64,000 nucleotides of DNA from Flexilinea sp. (GTDB lineage: Bacteria > Chloroflexota > Anaerolineae > Anaerolineales > Anaerolineaceae): the NCBI GenBank assembly GCA_041859835.1, contig JBFLFU010000003.1; one strand, written 5' to 3'. This document shows, piece after piece, positions 49,432 to 59,338 of this stretch. The notes below the pieces were generated by a model that saw only the letters and a list, made by a program, of their open reading frames with translations, was not told the origin of the DNA and searched no databases. Every line of letters begins with the position of its first letter. Within the stretch, counting starts at the first letter, position 1. The position numbers were made by a program, and so were the translations under genes.

Positions 49432-49689
49432 TTATTCTACTTCGTCTTCCTCATCAAATTCGTTGTCTTCATCATCCATGCTGATGATCAGCGCTTCGGC
49501 TTCCGGGACACGGTCTTCCGGCACAGCAATGGCAATCTGGCCTAAAATGCCAACGGACAGCCCGATGGTCGTCCCGAGGCTTTCCCGCATCTTTCGGCAG
49601 GGGATGTCATTCTCATTAAACATGGCTAGCATGAGTTCAGCCTCAACCTCATCCTCAGCCCAATAAACCGTCACAAATTTGTCCGACAT
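49432..49689 (-). CDS. DUF2007-like small protein
   Basis: MSDKFVTVY...EAELMLAMFNENDIPC...GQIAIAVPEDRVPEAEALI; acidic tail; ATG 1 nt after the upstream stop. Confidence 0.7.
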   Translation of the reverse strand: MSDKFVTVYWAEDEVEAELMLAMFNENDIPCRKMRESLGTTIGLSVGILGQIAIAVPEDRVPEAEALIISMDDEDNEFDEEDEVE

Positions 49690-49690
49690 T

Positions 49691-50908
49691 TTATTTTGCC
49701 TTTCTCCGGATCTGTGCGATCCGGTTTCTGAATTGTTCCGCTTTGGCCAGGCCGGACCATCTGCCGGTAGCCTCGTTTTCTTCAAGCAGCAGGATGCCTT
49801 TCTCCAGCAGCGCGATGGCCTGCTCCGGCTGCCCCAATTTCTCCTGCAGGCGGGCGGCTTCATAGCAGCTGAGAACGTCCCCGCTCGCTGCGAGCGCCTG
49901 ATAGACCCGCAATGATTCTTCCAGCGAACCGCGTTTGCGCAGTGTGGCGGCGGTCAGACGCCTTTCCGCGACTGAAAAAAGATTTTCGTCCAGGTAATGG
50001 GAGAGGTCCGCCTCCTCCGGGCTCAGCGATATGGCGGAGCGGTAAAATTCCGGAACGGACATGCGGTGCTCGTTGAGCGAATCGGGCTGATATAACCCCT
50101 TCCGGGTGATGCCGGAGAGGAAAAGCAGCAGCGCGGTCAGGCTCAGCACATCAATTTCATTGTGATAAGCGATCCCCTTCAGCCGATCCGCTTCCAGCGT
50201 GTTCAGGAATTCACGGTAGATCTCCGGCGCCATGAATCCGGGCACTTCGGCCTCTCCACGGCGGACTTTCAGAATTTCCTGCTCGATGGTCGCCAGGCGG
50301 CAGTTCGGCAGTGTCCGGCGCCAGAAACGCCGCGCGATCGGCAGAAAGTCGATATGATGGAGGCTGGCGCAGAAATCCGGGAAAAAGTGGAAATTGCCCC
50401 GACTGCGGATCATCGGGACGTCGAAGGATTTTCCGTTGTAGGTCAGAATGACCGGGAAACGGGCGAAAATGACCTCGATTTGATGGATAAAGGCTTTCTC
50501 GTATCCCAGATCCGGCAGAATGAGCTGATCGACGATATAGGCGTCGTCGGCGTAATATCCCATGCCGATCATGAAGATGAAAGCTGCCGCATCGCTGGTA
50601 AGACCGCTGGTCTCTGTATCCATCGCCAGCGTCTCTTCTTTTTTGATGTCGCTCCGTCCGATCAAGGCCCTGAAAAGGCCGGTGGGGGCCAATTCCTGAT
50701 CCATCCGGACACTGCCATGCGTATAGGTAAGCGGATAGCGGCGGCGATTGATAAAATAGGGACCGAAACGGTTTTCAGCGGTAAACCCTTCCGGAAAGGC
50801 CGCTTCCAGCCTACGAAAGACATCGCCGGTTTTTTGCGGCACAGCAGGTTTCTGCGGGAATCCCATCGTGACGCCCAACCGCTTTAGTTCGGAAAGAATA
50901 TCACTCAT
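49691..50908 (-). CDS. mrfB: MrfB/YprB-like DEDDh exonuclease (RNase H-like plus TPR)
   Basis: MDTETSGL, TYNGKSFD, HIDFL, YHNEIDVLSL; C-terminal TPR-like helices; overlaps the helicase stop. Confidence 0.8.
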   Translation of the reverse strand: MSDILSELKRLGVTMGFPQKPAVPQKTGDVFRRLEAAFPEGFTAENRFGPYFINRRRYPLTYTHGSVRMDQELAPTGLFRALIGRSDIKKEETLAMDTETSGLTSDAAAFIFMIGMGYYADDAYIVDQLILPDLGYEKAFIHQIEVIFARFPVILTYNGKSFDVPMIRSRGNFHFFPDFCASLHHIDFLPIARRFWRRTLPNCRLATIEQEILKVRRGEAEVPGFMAPEIYREFLNTLEADRLKGIAYHNEIDVLSLTALLLFLSGITRKGLYQPDSLNEHRMSVPEFYRSAISLSPEEADLSHYLDENLFSVAERRLTAATLRKRGSLEESLRVYQALAASGDVLSCYEAARLQEKLGQPEQAIALLEKGILLLEENEATGRWSGLAKAEQFRNRIAQIRRKAK

Positions 50909-53417
50909 AATGAAGGTTATTATAATCCGTCAGCAATCCATATCCTATCGCCAGCGCTTCCTGTTTGCCGCCGCTGCCGATCTCTCCGGCAGGACCGACG
51001 CAGCCCGGACAACCGTCCTCGCACTCACAGGAGTTGATCAGATCCAGCGTGGCCTGCAGAATGCGCTTGAATTGACGGAAAATGGCCTGTGAGAGTCCAA
51101 TTCCGCCCGGGATAGTTTCATAGATATAAATTGCGGATCGGCCTTCAAAATGCGGATCTTCCGGTGCGGGAAGCACATTCAGGTCGTTCCCGTCACATTC
51201 CAGGAAGAGCGTGGCAATCTGGTGAAAAGCGGAAGCAAATCCGGCCAGTCCGCTGCGCATTTTCACCGCCGCCTCAACCCGGTGATGACAATCCGGGCAA
51301 AGGGTGGTCAGGTTCTCCTCCCGATTCGCGTCCGCCGGGTTGGAGAAATTCCGGAAAGGAACGATGTGATGGACCTGCAAGGTCTGCACTGTTCCGGAAA
51401 TGCCGCAGAGCTGGCAGGCATTGTTATCCCGCCGGACAACGCTGCGGCGAATTTCCGGCCAGTCCCTGCCATAATCATTGGGGTCGTTGTGCCAATCGGA
51501 TTGTTCACGCAATTGATCCCGGAAATGCGTTTTCAACGCGATGATAAACGCTTTGGTATCCAGTACCACTTCCGGCAGATCGAGCGGAAACTGATCCAGA
51601 ATTTGGTGCGTGGTTTCATCCCGCTTGCGGTAGCCCGTTACCTGATCGGTAACCGTCACCGCAGCCGTCAGGATTTCGGCGTTCTCACCATCGGCCTTTT
51701 CCAGCACTTCATCCGGCGTAATGCCGGTTTGCCGGATGGCCTCCGTTGTGTAATGGGGACGGTATCGTTCCGCTGCGGCATAATTGTCGGTCAGGTTCAG
51801 TTCCCGGATGCGGTACGGCTCACCATTATGAAAGTAAATGGCGCCTTCATGAACCATCCAGTAACTTGAAGTGCGGTCCACTTCGCCGATGCGGGTTTTC
51901 GACCCATCCAGTGCGATGGTGAGGATGTCGATCCGCTCCAGACTGCTGTTTCGCAGTGAGACAGCACGCTGCGGCGAATCAGACTGAAACCAGAAATATT
52001 GCCCGCCGCTTTTCCGTGCGGCGCCGGAGGATACCAGGAAATCCAGCAGATCCCGCGTAGCTTCAACGGGCAGACTGCCATAGGCTTCGTTTTCAGAGAA
52101 AGGCGCTTCGAATAAAGCGCATTGCAGATGCTGGAAAAGGATCAGCAGGTTGTCCGGATCGATCAGCGCCGGTTCGACCGGCTGCTCCAGAATGAATTCC
52201 GGATGTTTCATCAGGTATTGGTCCACCGGATTCTGAGAAGCGACCAGGTAAAAAGCGGCATCCTGTTTGTTGCGGCCCGCCCGTCCCATGCGTTGGAAGG
52301 TCGAAGCGACGGAACCGGGATAACCGATCGAAATCACGCTGTCCATGCCGCCGATGTCCATGCCCAATTCGAGCGCATTGGTGGCGACGACGCAGCGGTT
52401 GGTGCCCTGTTTCAGCCCCTGTTCAATCGCGCGGCGTTCTTTCGGCAGATAGCCGGAGCGGTAGCCGTTGGCGTCCACACCAAAGTCGCGCAGGCGGCGG
52501 ACAGCGGTTTCAACCGATTGCCGTGATTGGGTGAAAACCAGCAGTTGATTCCGTTTTTTGAGGATATCCGCGGCCATTTTGGCCGTGGTATGAACAGCGC
52601 CGGCACGCAGATGCAGCGCCTCATCAACGATGGAGGGATTAATAAAGCGGACCGCGGTACGCCCGTTTCCGGAGGCGTCTTCCGCAATGGAAACGACGGG
52701 CTCCCCGATCAATTTTTCGGCCAGTGTCTTTGCGTTGGAAAGGGTGGCGGAACAAAGAATGTAGCGAGCCGGCGAAAGACCGGATGTGTAGCGGTTCAAA
52801 ATACGGTTTAAGCGCCGCAGCACATTGGCGATGTGCGAGCCGAAGATGCCGCGGTAGGTGTGCGTTTCGTCCAGTACGATGATTTTCAGGTTTTGCAGGA
52901 AGCGGTTCCAATTGGCGTGGTGCGGCAGAATTCCGACATGCAGCATATCCGGATTGGTCAGGATCACCCGTGCCCGGCTGCGGATGGCCGTGCGGCGGTA
53001 AGCGGGTGTATCGCCGTCATAAATGGCGATCTCCGCGGCTTTGTCGGGGATGAGCGCGGTCAGGCTGCGGTGCTGATCCTGTGTCAGCGCTTTGGTCGGA
53101 AAGAGCAGCAGCGCAGTGGCGGATGGATCCGAGCGCAGATTATCCAGAATCGGGACCTGATAACAGAGGCTTTTTCCGCTGGCAGTCCCGGTGGAGAGGA
53201 TGACATTCCTGCCATCAGCGATGGCCTGGAGCGCATCGAATTGGTGGCGGTAAAGAAAATGGATACTCTTTTGTTCCAGAATGGCGCGGATATCTTCAGG
53301 CAGCCAGGCCGGCAGCGGCACATATACCGCGTCCCTTTGCGGGATAACAGTGGAGAAGGCGATTTCCCCCAACGGCTGGAAATGCCTGGATTTTTCACCG
53401 GCTGTTTGTTCGCTCAT
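50901..53417 (-). CDS. mrfA: MrfA/YprA-like DEAD/DEAH helicase with DUF1998 and an inserted HNH domain
   Basis: GTASGKS, LFPTKALTQDQ, DETH, SAT, ELGMDIG, QRMGRAGR; YETIPGGIG and CECEDGCPGC; HNH insert at about aa 642-715. Confidence 0.85.
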   Translation of the reverse strand: MSEQTAGEKSRHFQPLGEIAFSTVIPQRDAVYVPLPAWLPEDIRAILEQKSIHFLYRHQFDALQAIADGRNVILSTGTASGKSLCYQVPILDNLRSDPSATALLLFPTKALTQDQHRSLTALIPDKAAEIAIYDGDTPAYRRTAIRSRARVILTNPDMLHVGILPHHANWNRFLQNLKIIVLDETHTYRGIFGSHIANVLRRLNRILNRYTSGLSPARYILCSATLSNAKTLAEKLIGEPVVSIAEDASGNGRTAVRFINPSIVDEALHLRAGAVHTTAKMAADILKKRNQLLVFTQSRQSVETAVRRLRDFGVDANGYRSGYLPKERRAIEQGLKQGTNRCVVATNALELGMDIGGMDSVISIGYPGSVASTFQRMGRAGRNKQDAAFYLVASQNPVDQYLMKHPEFILEQPVEPALIDPDNLLILFQHLQCALFEAPFSENEAYGSLPVEATRDLLDFLVSSGAARKSGGQYFWFQSDSPQRAVSLRNSSLERIDILTIALDGSKTRIGEVDRTSSYWMVHEGAIYFHNGEPYRIRELNLTDNYAAAERYRPHYTTEAIRQTGITPDEVLEKADGENAEILTAAVTVTDQVTGYRKRDETTHQILDQFPLDLPEVVLDTKAFIIALKTHFRDQLREQSDWHNDPNDYGRDWPEIRRSVVRRDNNACQLCGISGTVQTLQVHHIVPFRNFSNPADANREENLTTLCPDCHHRVEAAVKMRSGLAGFASAFHQIATLFLECDGNDLNVLPAPEDPHFEGRSAIYIYETIPGGIGLSQAIFRQFKRILQATLDLINSCECEDGCPGCVGPAGEIGSGGKQEALAIGYGLLTDYNNLHYE

Positions 53418-53423
53418 GATTGA

Positions 53424-53465
53424 ATTCTAATGCGAACGATGGAAAATTGGTGGAACTTATGTTCG
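53424..53465 (-). promoter_or_regulatory. LexA (DinR/Cheo-type) box and leaderless promoter of the mrfA operon
   Basis: GGAAC-TTAT-GTTCG at 53452-65 (minus strand CGAACATAAGTTCC); -10 TAGAAT (53429-24) lies 6 nt before the ATG, with no SD. Confidence 0.65.
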
Positions 53466-53602
53466 GAAATGAGCCGATATTACATACGCGTTAAGGTCAA
53501 CGGAGGCGAAGTTTTCAGGATACGCTGTCAGAGGGTTTCCGCAGGCGGAATATAGGGCCGCTGAAAGATTGGAAGCCCTCTGAACAGGAAAGAAAGCGGA
53601 GG

Positions 53603-53647
53603 AAAGCAAGCCATGAATCCAGTGTGAGATCAATGGCTTGCTTTTTT
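53603..53647 (-). terminator. Hairpin after ftsZ
   Basis: AAAGCAAGCCAT...ATGGCTTGCTTT inverted repeat. Confidence 0.6.
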
Positions 53648-53659
53648 TGGTTCTCATAA

Positions 53660-54841
53660 CTAATCCTTCGAAATCAGGCGCATGAACGGCGGAACATCCA
53701 GCTGATTATTGTTATTGTTGCGCAGGAATTCCGGCAGTTCACCCTGATTTTTATTCTCCGGTTGCCAGGCGCGTTCTCTTTTCCCGTTTCCCGAGTTCAT
53801 GGCCTGGCTGGCAGCGGTCCGATTGCGGAGTGGTTCTTTCCCCGCGGAACCGGACGCTGCCGCGACGGTCTGACTGGGCTGCGTTTGCGGCTCGTATCCG
53901 GTTGCGACGACGGTAACACGGATCTCGTCCTGCAGCGAAGGATCAATGACGGCCCCAAAGATGAAGTTGACATCCGGGTGCGCGCTTTCCTTGATGAGCG
54001 CGGCTGCTTCATTGACTTCGTACATGGTCAGATCATCGCCACCGGTGATGTTGAAGAGGATACCGCGGGCGCCGTCGATCGTGATGTCCAGCAGCCGGTT
54101 CGAAATGGCCATTTCGGCTGCGGCCCGGGCACGGTCCTCACCTTTTCCGACCCCAATCGCCATTAATGCGGCGCCGCCTTCGGACATGATGGTGCGTACG
54201 TCGGCGAAGTCGAGGTTGATCAGGCCGGGGACGGTGATTAATTCGGAAATACCCTGAATGCCCTGGCGCAGCACGTCGTCCGCCTGGCCGAAAGCCTGTA
54301 CCATGGTGACTTTTTTGTCGATGATTTGCATCAGGCGGTCGTTTGGGATGACGATGAGCGTATCGGCTGATTCTTTCAGGTTGCGGATCCCTTCTTCCGC
54401 GGATTTTCCTCTGCGCGGTCCTTCAAAGGTGAAGGGACGGGTGACGACACCGATGGTCAGCGCTTTCATTTCCCGGCAGATCTGCGCCACGACCGGCGCG
54501 GCTCCGGTGCCTGTTCCACCGCCCATACCGGCGGTGATGAACACCATATCGGCTCCGGCCAGCGCCTGGCGGATTTCATCCTTGCTTTCTTCGGCCGCGG
54601 CACGACCGATCTCGGGGTTCCCGCCGGCGCCCAGGCCGCGGGTGACTTTGTCCCCGATCCGGACCCGATGTTCGGCGCGGGAAACCAGCAGCGCCTGGGA
54701 ATCGGTATTGATGGCGATGAATTCAAGCCCCTGCATGCCTTCATCGATCATCCGGTTGATCGCGTTGCATCCAGCTCCGCCGATGCCGATCACTTTGATT
54801 CTCGCAGTGCTTTCACCAAAGTTTTGATAATTTTTTTCCAT
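53660..54841 (-). CDS. ftsZ: Cell division protein FtsZ
   Basis: [37 protein letters not shown]. Confidence 0.98.
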   Translation of the reverse strand: MEKNYQNFGESTARIKVIGIGGAGCNAINRMIDEGMQGLEFIAINTDSQALLVSRAEHRVRIGDKVTRGLGAGGNPEIGRAAAEESKDEIRQALAGADMVFITAGMGGGTGTGAAPVVAQICREMKALTIGVVTRPFTFEGPRRGKSAEEGIRNLKESADTLIVIPNDRLMQIIDKKVTMVQAFGQADDVLRQGIQGISELITVPGLINLDFADVRTIMSEGGAALMAIGVGKGEDRARAAAEMAISNRLLDITIDGARGILFNITGGDDLTMYEVNEAAALIKESAHPDVNFIFGAVIDPSLQDEIRVTVVATGYEPQTQPSQTVAAASGSAGKEPLRNRTAASQAMNSGNGKRERAWQPENKNQGELPEFLRNNNNNQLDVPPFMRLISKD

Positions 54842-54918
54842 TTGATCCTCTTCTTTCTGAACTGTCCTAAACCATTGCGTTGTTTTAGTCGGAGTACTTT
54901 CCCGTTTATTTCCGTTTT

Positions 54919-56142
54919 CTATGGCAGTAAATACTTCAAAAAATTCTTCAGTTTGTCTGCGAATGCGTTCGCGTCCGGTTTCCCCGGTGTCGGTTCCGTG
55001 CTTTCCTGCATCATGAGTGTCCAGTAAATCAGTCCGACCGCGGTGGAAAAAGCCGGGCTGTCCAGCTGATCGATCATTCCGGACAGGTTTTCGGGCTTGG
55101 CGATGCGGACTGGCATACCCAGGATTTTAGACGCCAGTTCATCAATCCCTGGCAATAGCGCGGTTCCGCCGGTCAATACTAACCCGGCCGGCAGCAGATT
55201 ATCATACCCGGACCGCTTGATCTCCTGTAGAACGAGCTGGAAAATTTCCTCACAGCGCATTTGAATGATCTGCGCCAGCTCTTTCCGGCTGAATTTCATG
55301 GCCTCGCTGCGGCCGAAGGTTTTACAATAAAAATAGTCTTCTTCACCGATATATTCTGCCAGGGCATGTCCATGTATTTTCTTCACTTCTTCCGCCTGCG
55401 TGATCGGCAGATGAAAGGCCTGAGCGATGTCCGATGTAATATGGCTTCCACCGACCGGGATGACGTTGGTGTGCCAGACGTCCGTGTCAATGTACAGCGC
55501 CAGATCGGTTGTACCTCCGCCAATGTCACAGAGAACGACGCCCATCTGTTTTTCAATGTCGGTCAGTACGGCTTCGCCATCCGCCAGCGGTTTCAGCACC
55601 CATCGGTTGACATCAATTTCAGCTGTCATGATGCACTGGCGCAGGTTTTCGATGGATGAAGTCGCCGCGGTGATGATGTGCGCTTCAAGGTCGAGGCGTG
55701 AGCCGTACATTCCAATCGGCGCCCGGATGCCCTCCACGCCGTCGATACTGTATTTGCGTTGAATACAATGAACGATAAAGCGGTTATGCGGCGTGGGAAT
55801 TGCCTTGACCGCGTCAATAACACGGTTGACGTCGTATTGATCGATGACGCCTCCAACCACACCGATGGTGGCTTTGTTGTTGGTGGAGGCGATATGGGAA
55901 CCGGCGACGCTGACAACCGCGTTCGAGATTTCCAGCCCGGAGGTCCGCTCAGCTTTACGGATGGATTCCGCAATTGAAGCCGCTGCCAGTGGAATATCAA
56001 CCACGGTTCCTTTTTTGATTCCCTGAGAAGGTTCGATGCCAACGCCAAGAATCCGGACGCTGGTTTGTCCTTCAATCTGGGCGACCAGTGTGCATATTTT
56101 TGTGGTACCTACATCAATTGCGACAAGTATCTTTTTTTCCAT
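54919..56142 (-). CDS. ftsA: Cell division protein FtsA
   Basis: [33 protein letters not shown]. Confidence 0.96.
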   Translation of the reverse strand: MEKKILVAIDVGTTKICTLVAQIEGQTSVRILGVGIEPSQGIKKGTVVDIPLAAASIAESIRKAERTSGLEISNAVVSVAGSHIASTNNKATIGVVGGVIDQYDVNRVIDAVKAIPTPHNRFIVHCIQRKYSIDGVEGIRAPIGMYGSRLDLEAHIITAATSSIENLRQCIMTAEIDVNRWVLKPLADGEAVLTDIEKQMGVVLCDIGGGTTDLALYIDTDVWHTNVIPVGGSHITSDIAQAFHLPITQAEEVKKIHGHALAEYIGEEDYFYCKTFGRSEAMKFSRKELAQIIQMRCEEIFQLVLQEIKRSGYDNLLPAGLVLTGGTALLPGIDELASKILGMPVRIAKPENLSGMIDQLDSPAFSTAVGLIYWTLMMQESTEPTPGKPDANAFADKLKNFLKYLLP

Positions 56143-56149
56143 AGCCACC

Positions 56150-57025
56150 TCACTGCGAAAACCGATAGTATGGCGCGTGTGTGTACTCCAGACTCACCAT
56201 ATCGGGCTCAATCTCTTCTTCGATAAAATATTTTTTCAGGCTTTCCGCCATCGCCAGTTTTTCATCCAATGCGTTATCATTGGATCCCAGCCACAGCCGG
56301 TATCCCGCGTCCGTATCCCAGCCGAATCCATTTTCGTAGGTATAAAAAAGTGTCTTTCCTTCCGGTAGAACGCCTCCGAAATTCAGGATGCTGCGGACGA
56401 CTTTGCTGCTGAATTTCGAGGGGACTTTGCGGTCGGAGCGGTTCTTTGCGCCGGGGAAACTGTCTCCCAGGACATAAATTTTGTCTCCCTCCGCCAGGTT
56501 TTCGTTCATGACTCGACCGTCCTGGTCGATCCAGAATTTGCTGCCGCCGAAATCCCATTCGACCAGCGCTTTCCGTTGCTGGATCAGAATGTTGACCTCG
56601 GAAGGGAACGCCACTGTGACGGCGATGTCACGAATCTCCGGATACCGTTTCAGCAGTGTGGACCGGATCAATTCGGGGTCAACCTGATAAATCGGCAGAT
56701 TCCGCAGCCCGGTGTAGTAGGTAATTTCCTCAACGCTCATTCGGGTTGAGCCGCTGACGACAGGCGCCTGCACCCGAAACCCGGGCAGAAAAGTGAAAGC
56801 GGACGCGGCCACCGCAAGCAGCAGGCTCAGGATCCCCGATACCAATCTTGCGTTCACTGCGTTCACTGCGTTCATAGAGTTGCGCTTCGCTTTCCGCATG
56901 CCGAACAGGTTTTCACTGTCGGAAAATGAAGCGCTGTCCCGGCGGATCTGCAGCCGGGCTGGCTCAGCCTGTGGAGGCTGATTTCTTCTCGAAACTCTTC
57001 TTTTTCCGTCCTGATTCTGCATCAT
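56150..57025 (-). CDS. ftsQ: Cell division protein FtsQ/DivIB
   Basis: Cytoplasmic N-tail, single TM, POTRA-like region; located between murB and ftsA. Confidence 0.8.
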   Translation of the reverse strand: MMQNQDGKRRVSRRNQPPQAEPARLQIRRDSASFSDSENLFGMRKAKRNSMNAVNAVNARLVSGILSLLLAVAASAFTFLPGFRVQAPVVSGSTRMSVEEITYYTGLRNLPIYQVDPELIRSTLLKRYPEIRDIAVTVAFPSEVNILIQQRKALVEWDFGGSKFWIDQDGRVMNENLAEGDKIYVLGDSFPGAKNRSDRKVPSKFSSKVVRSILNFGGVLPEGKTLFYTYENGFGWDTDAGYRLWLGSNDNALDEKLAMAESLKKYFIEEEIEPDMVSLEYTHAPYYRFSQ

Positions 57026-57055
57026 TTCGTATTCCTGATCTGTGTTTCCGGCTGT

Positions 57056-59338
57056 TCAGCTCAGAATCTCAATTTCCGGAACCAGGTCGATTCCGAAACG
57101 GGTCTTGACTTCGTTTTGTGCCAGATGAACCAGCGCCAGATAATCGGCGCTGGCGACACCGGGTTCGGTGATAATAGTGTTGCCGTGGTTCTCGCTGATA
57201 AACGCATGCCCGATCCGTTTTCCGCGCAGTCCGCAATCTGTAATCAGTTTTCCGGCATATTCATTGGGCGGGTTGCGGAAGACGGAGCCAAGGCTGCCTT
57301 TGCCTTCCGGATGAACCGTGCGACGTTTGGCGATGATTTCTTCCATCTTTTCATTCACTGAACATGGATCTCCGTTCCGCAATGAAAAGGTTGCGGAGAG
57401 AATGGTTCCGCGCAGCTCCTGCCGTTTGAATTTGCTTGAACGGTAGGAGAACCCCAGCGCGTCCTTCTCTAACGCGATCATTTCATGATTGTTCAGCAGG
57501 AACTTCACCGAGGCGATGACGGCTGCTGTTTCGGAGCCAAAGGCGCCGGCATTGCCATAAATCGCGCCGCCGAAGGTGCCCGGGATACCATAGGCCCATT
57601 CGTATCCCTCCAGACCGGCTTCCGCACAGGCCTTAACAACCGCGATCAGCGGGGTTCCGGAAGCGGCAGTGACGCGTGCGCCACCGGGAGTTTTCTCAAT
57701 GCATATATCATCCGCGCGATTCAAAATGGCAACCCCATCGAATCCGGCGTCACTGAACAATATGTTGGTCAGGCCGCCAAAAACGCGGAAATTCGCGTTT
57801 TTACTGTGATAATAACGCGCCATATCGGTCAGCGCTTCCGTGCTGTCCGCGATCAGCAGCTCTTTGGCAGGGCCGCCGCAGAGCGCTCTTGAATACGTGG
57901 ACAGTGGGACGTCCCGCCGGATTTTTTCAGCATACTTTTTCTGAAATTCGGCTCCGGCTTTCAATTCCGCGAGCGCAGCCGGACCGATTTTGTTGGCGTC
58001 TCCGGCGGATAATGTGATAACCACGTCGCCGGGCAGCATTTCTTTCCTGAGGATCTCCACCGCATGCGCATTGTCGGCGGCGAATATGGCCGCCGGATAA
58101 GCCGCGGTAAAGGCTGTTTTCAAATCTTCATTGCCGAAATCCTGTTGTTTTTCACGAGAAGCATAAATGTTCGTGACCAGTACCTGGTCCGCATCCGAAA
58201 AGGCGCTGCAGAATTCATTGAGCAGCGTTTTGGTCCGGCTGAACGTGTGCGGCTGCCACAGTGCCCAGATCCTTCCGGAAGGGAAAGCGTCGCGGGCGGC
58301 GGACAGGGTAGCTTTGATCTCGGTCGGATGGTGCGCATAGTCATCGATGATCGTGATGCCATTCCATTCCGCGATCTTCTCAAACCGGCGCGCAATGCCA
58401 TGAAAATTGGCGAATGCTGCGGCAGCCCGGGAGAGATCCAGCTCTTTAATTGCACAAATTGCCAGCGCTGCCAAGGCGTTGTAAATATTGTGCCTGCCGC
58501 TGACGGCCAGGCGGACATGGGCTGAACGGTCCATCCGGTTGTCCCGGAAATCGAATTCATAACAGCCATTAGCCATCAGGTTCAGGTTGACGGCCTGGAA
58601 GTCCGCCGGGGTGGTGAGTCCAAAGCGCAGCACCTGTCCTGAAGCAGCGGCGGTTTCAGCCAGCAGCGCTTGTTTGGGGTCATCCGCATTAAGTACTATC
58701 CAGCCCTGTGGCCGGGTGTTGCTCAGGAACTGCTTGAAGGCCGCCAGATAATCTGCTTCTGTGGGGTAGCAGTCCGGGTGATCGTGCTCGAACTTTGTCA
58801 CGACAGCGATCTCCGGGTGCAAACCGAGGAACATGCGATCATACTCATCCGCTTCGATTACGAACAATGGGCCGGTGCCGGCTGCGGCATTTTTCCCCAG
58901 ATCCCTGGGTGTGGAGCCGATAATGAAACCGGGGTTTTCCCCGAGGCTTTTCAGGATCCAGGCCAGCATGCTGGTCGTGGTTGTTTTCCCATGCGTACCG
59001 GCGATCGCGATGACTTCCCGTCCGGAAAGGATGCTGTCCAGAAAATCGACCCGCTTTTGGGTTGGGATGCCTTTTCTTTCCGCTTCCGTCAATTCCGGAT
59101 TATCTTTCCCGATGGCTGAAGAGTAGACGACCAGATCTGCGCCGGTGATATTTTCAGCCGTGTGACCGATATGGACGGGAATCCCCTGTTTCTCAAGCGT
59201 CAACGCCATTTCAGAAGCGGCGCGGTCCGATCCGCTGACAGAGACTCCCATCTCTTTCAGTGCCAGCGCAATCGCCGACATGCCGGTTCCGCCGATGCCG
59301 ATGATAAAAATCCGTTTTCCGATCAAATCTGCTCTCAT
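57056..59338 (-). CDS. murC-murB: Fused UDP-MurNAc-L-Ala ligase (MurC, N-terminal) and UDP-GlcNAc-enolpyruvate reductase (MurB, C-terminal)
   Basis: MurC: IGIGGTGMSAIA, AGTHGKTTT, EADEYD, DDYAHHPTEI. MurB: GIPGTFGGAIYGNAGA, FSYRSS, GSVFRNP, PEIEI. One continuous 760-aa ORF, junction near 57950. Confidence 0.9.
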   Translation of the reverse strand: MRADLIGKRIFIIGIGGTGMSAIALALKEMGVSVSGSDRAASEMALTLEKQGIPVHIGHTAENITGADLVVYSSAIGKDNPELTEAERKGIPTQKRVDFLDSILSGREVIAIAGTHGKTTTTSMLAWILKSLGENPGFIIGSTPRDLGKNAAAGTGPLFVIEADEYDRMFLGLHPEIAVVTKFEHDHPDCYPTEADYLAAFKQFLSNTRPQGWIVLNADDPKQALLAETAAASGQVLRFGLTTPADFQAVNLNLMANGCYEFDFRDNRMDRSAHVRLAVSGRHNIYNALAALAICAIKELDLSRAAAAFANFHGIARRFEKIAEWNGITIIDDYAHHPTEIKATLSAARDAFPSGRIWALWQPHTFSRTKTLLNEFCSAFSDADQVLVTNIYASREKQQDFGNEDLKTAFTAAYPAAIFAADNAHAVEILRKEMLPGDVVITLSAGDANKIGPAALAELKAGAEFQKKYAEKIRRDVPLSTYSRALCGGPAKELLIADSTEALTDMARYYHSKNANFRVFGGLTNILFSDAGFDGVAILNRADDICIEKTPGGARVTAASGTPLIAVVKACAEAGLEGYEWAYGIPGTFGGAIYGNAGAFGSETAAVIASVKFLLNNHEMIALEKDALGFSYRSSKFKRQELRGTILSATFSLRNGDPCSVNEKMEEIIAKRRTVHPEGKGSLGSVFRNPPNEYAGKLITDCGLRGKRIGHAFISENHGNTIITEPGVASADYLALVHLAQNEVKTRFGIDLVPEIEILS

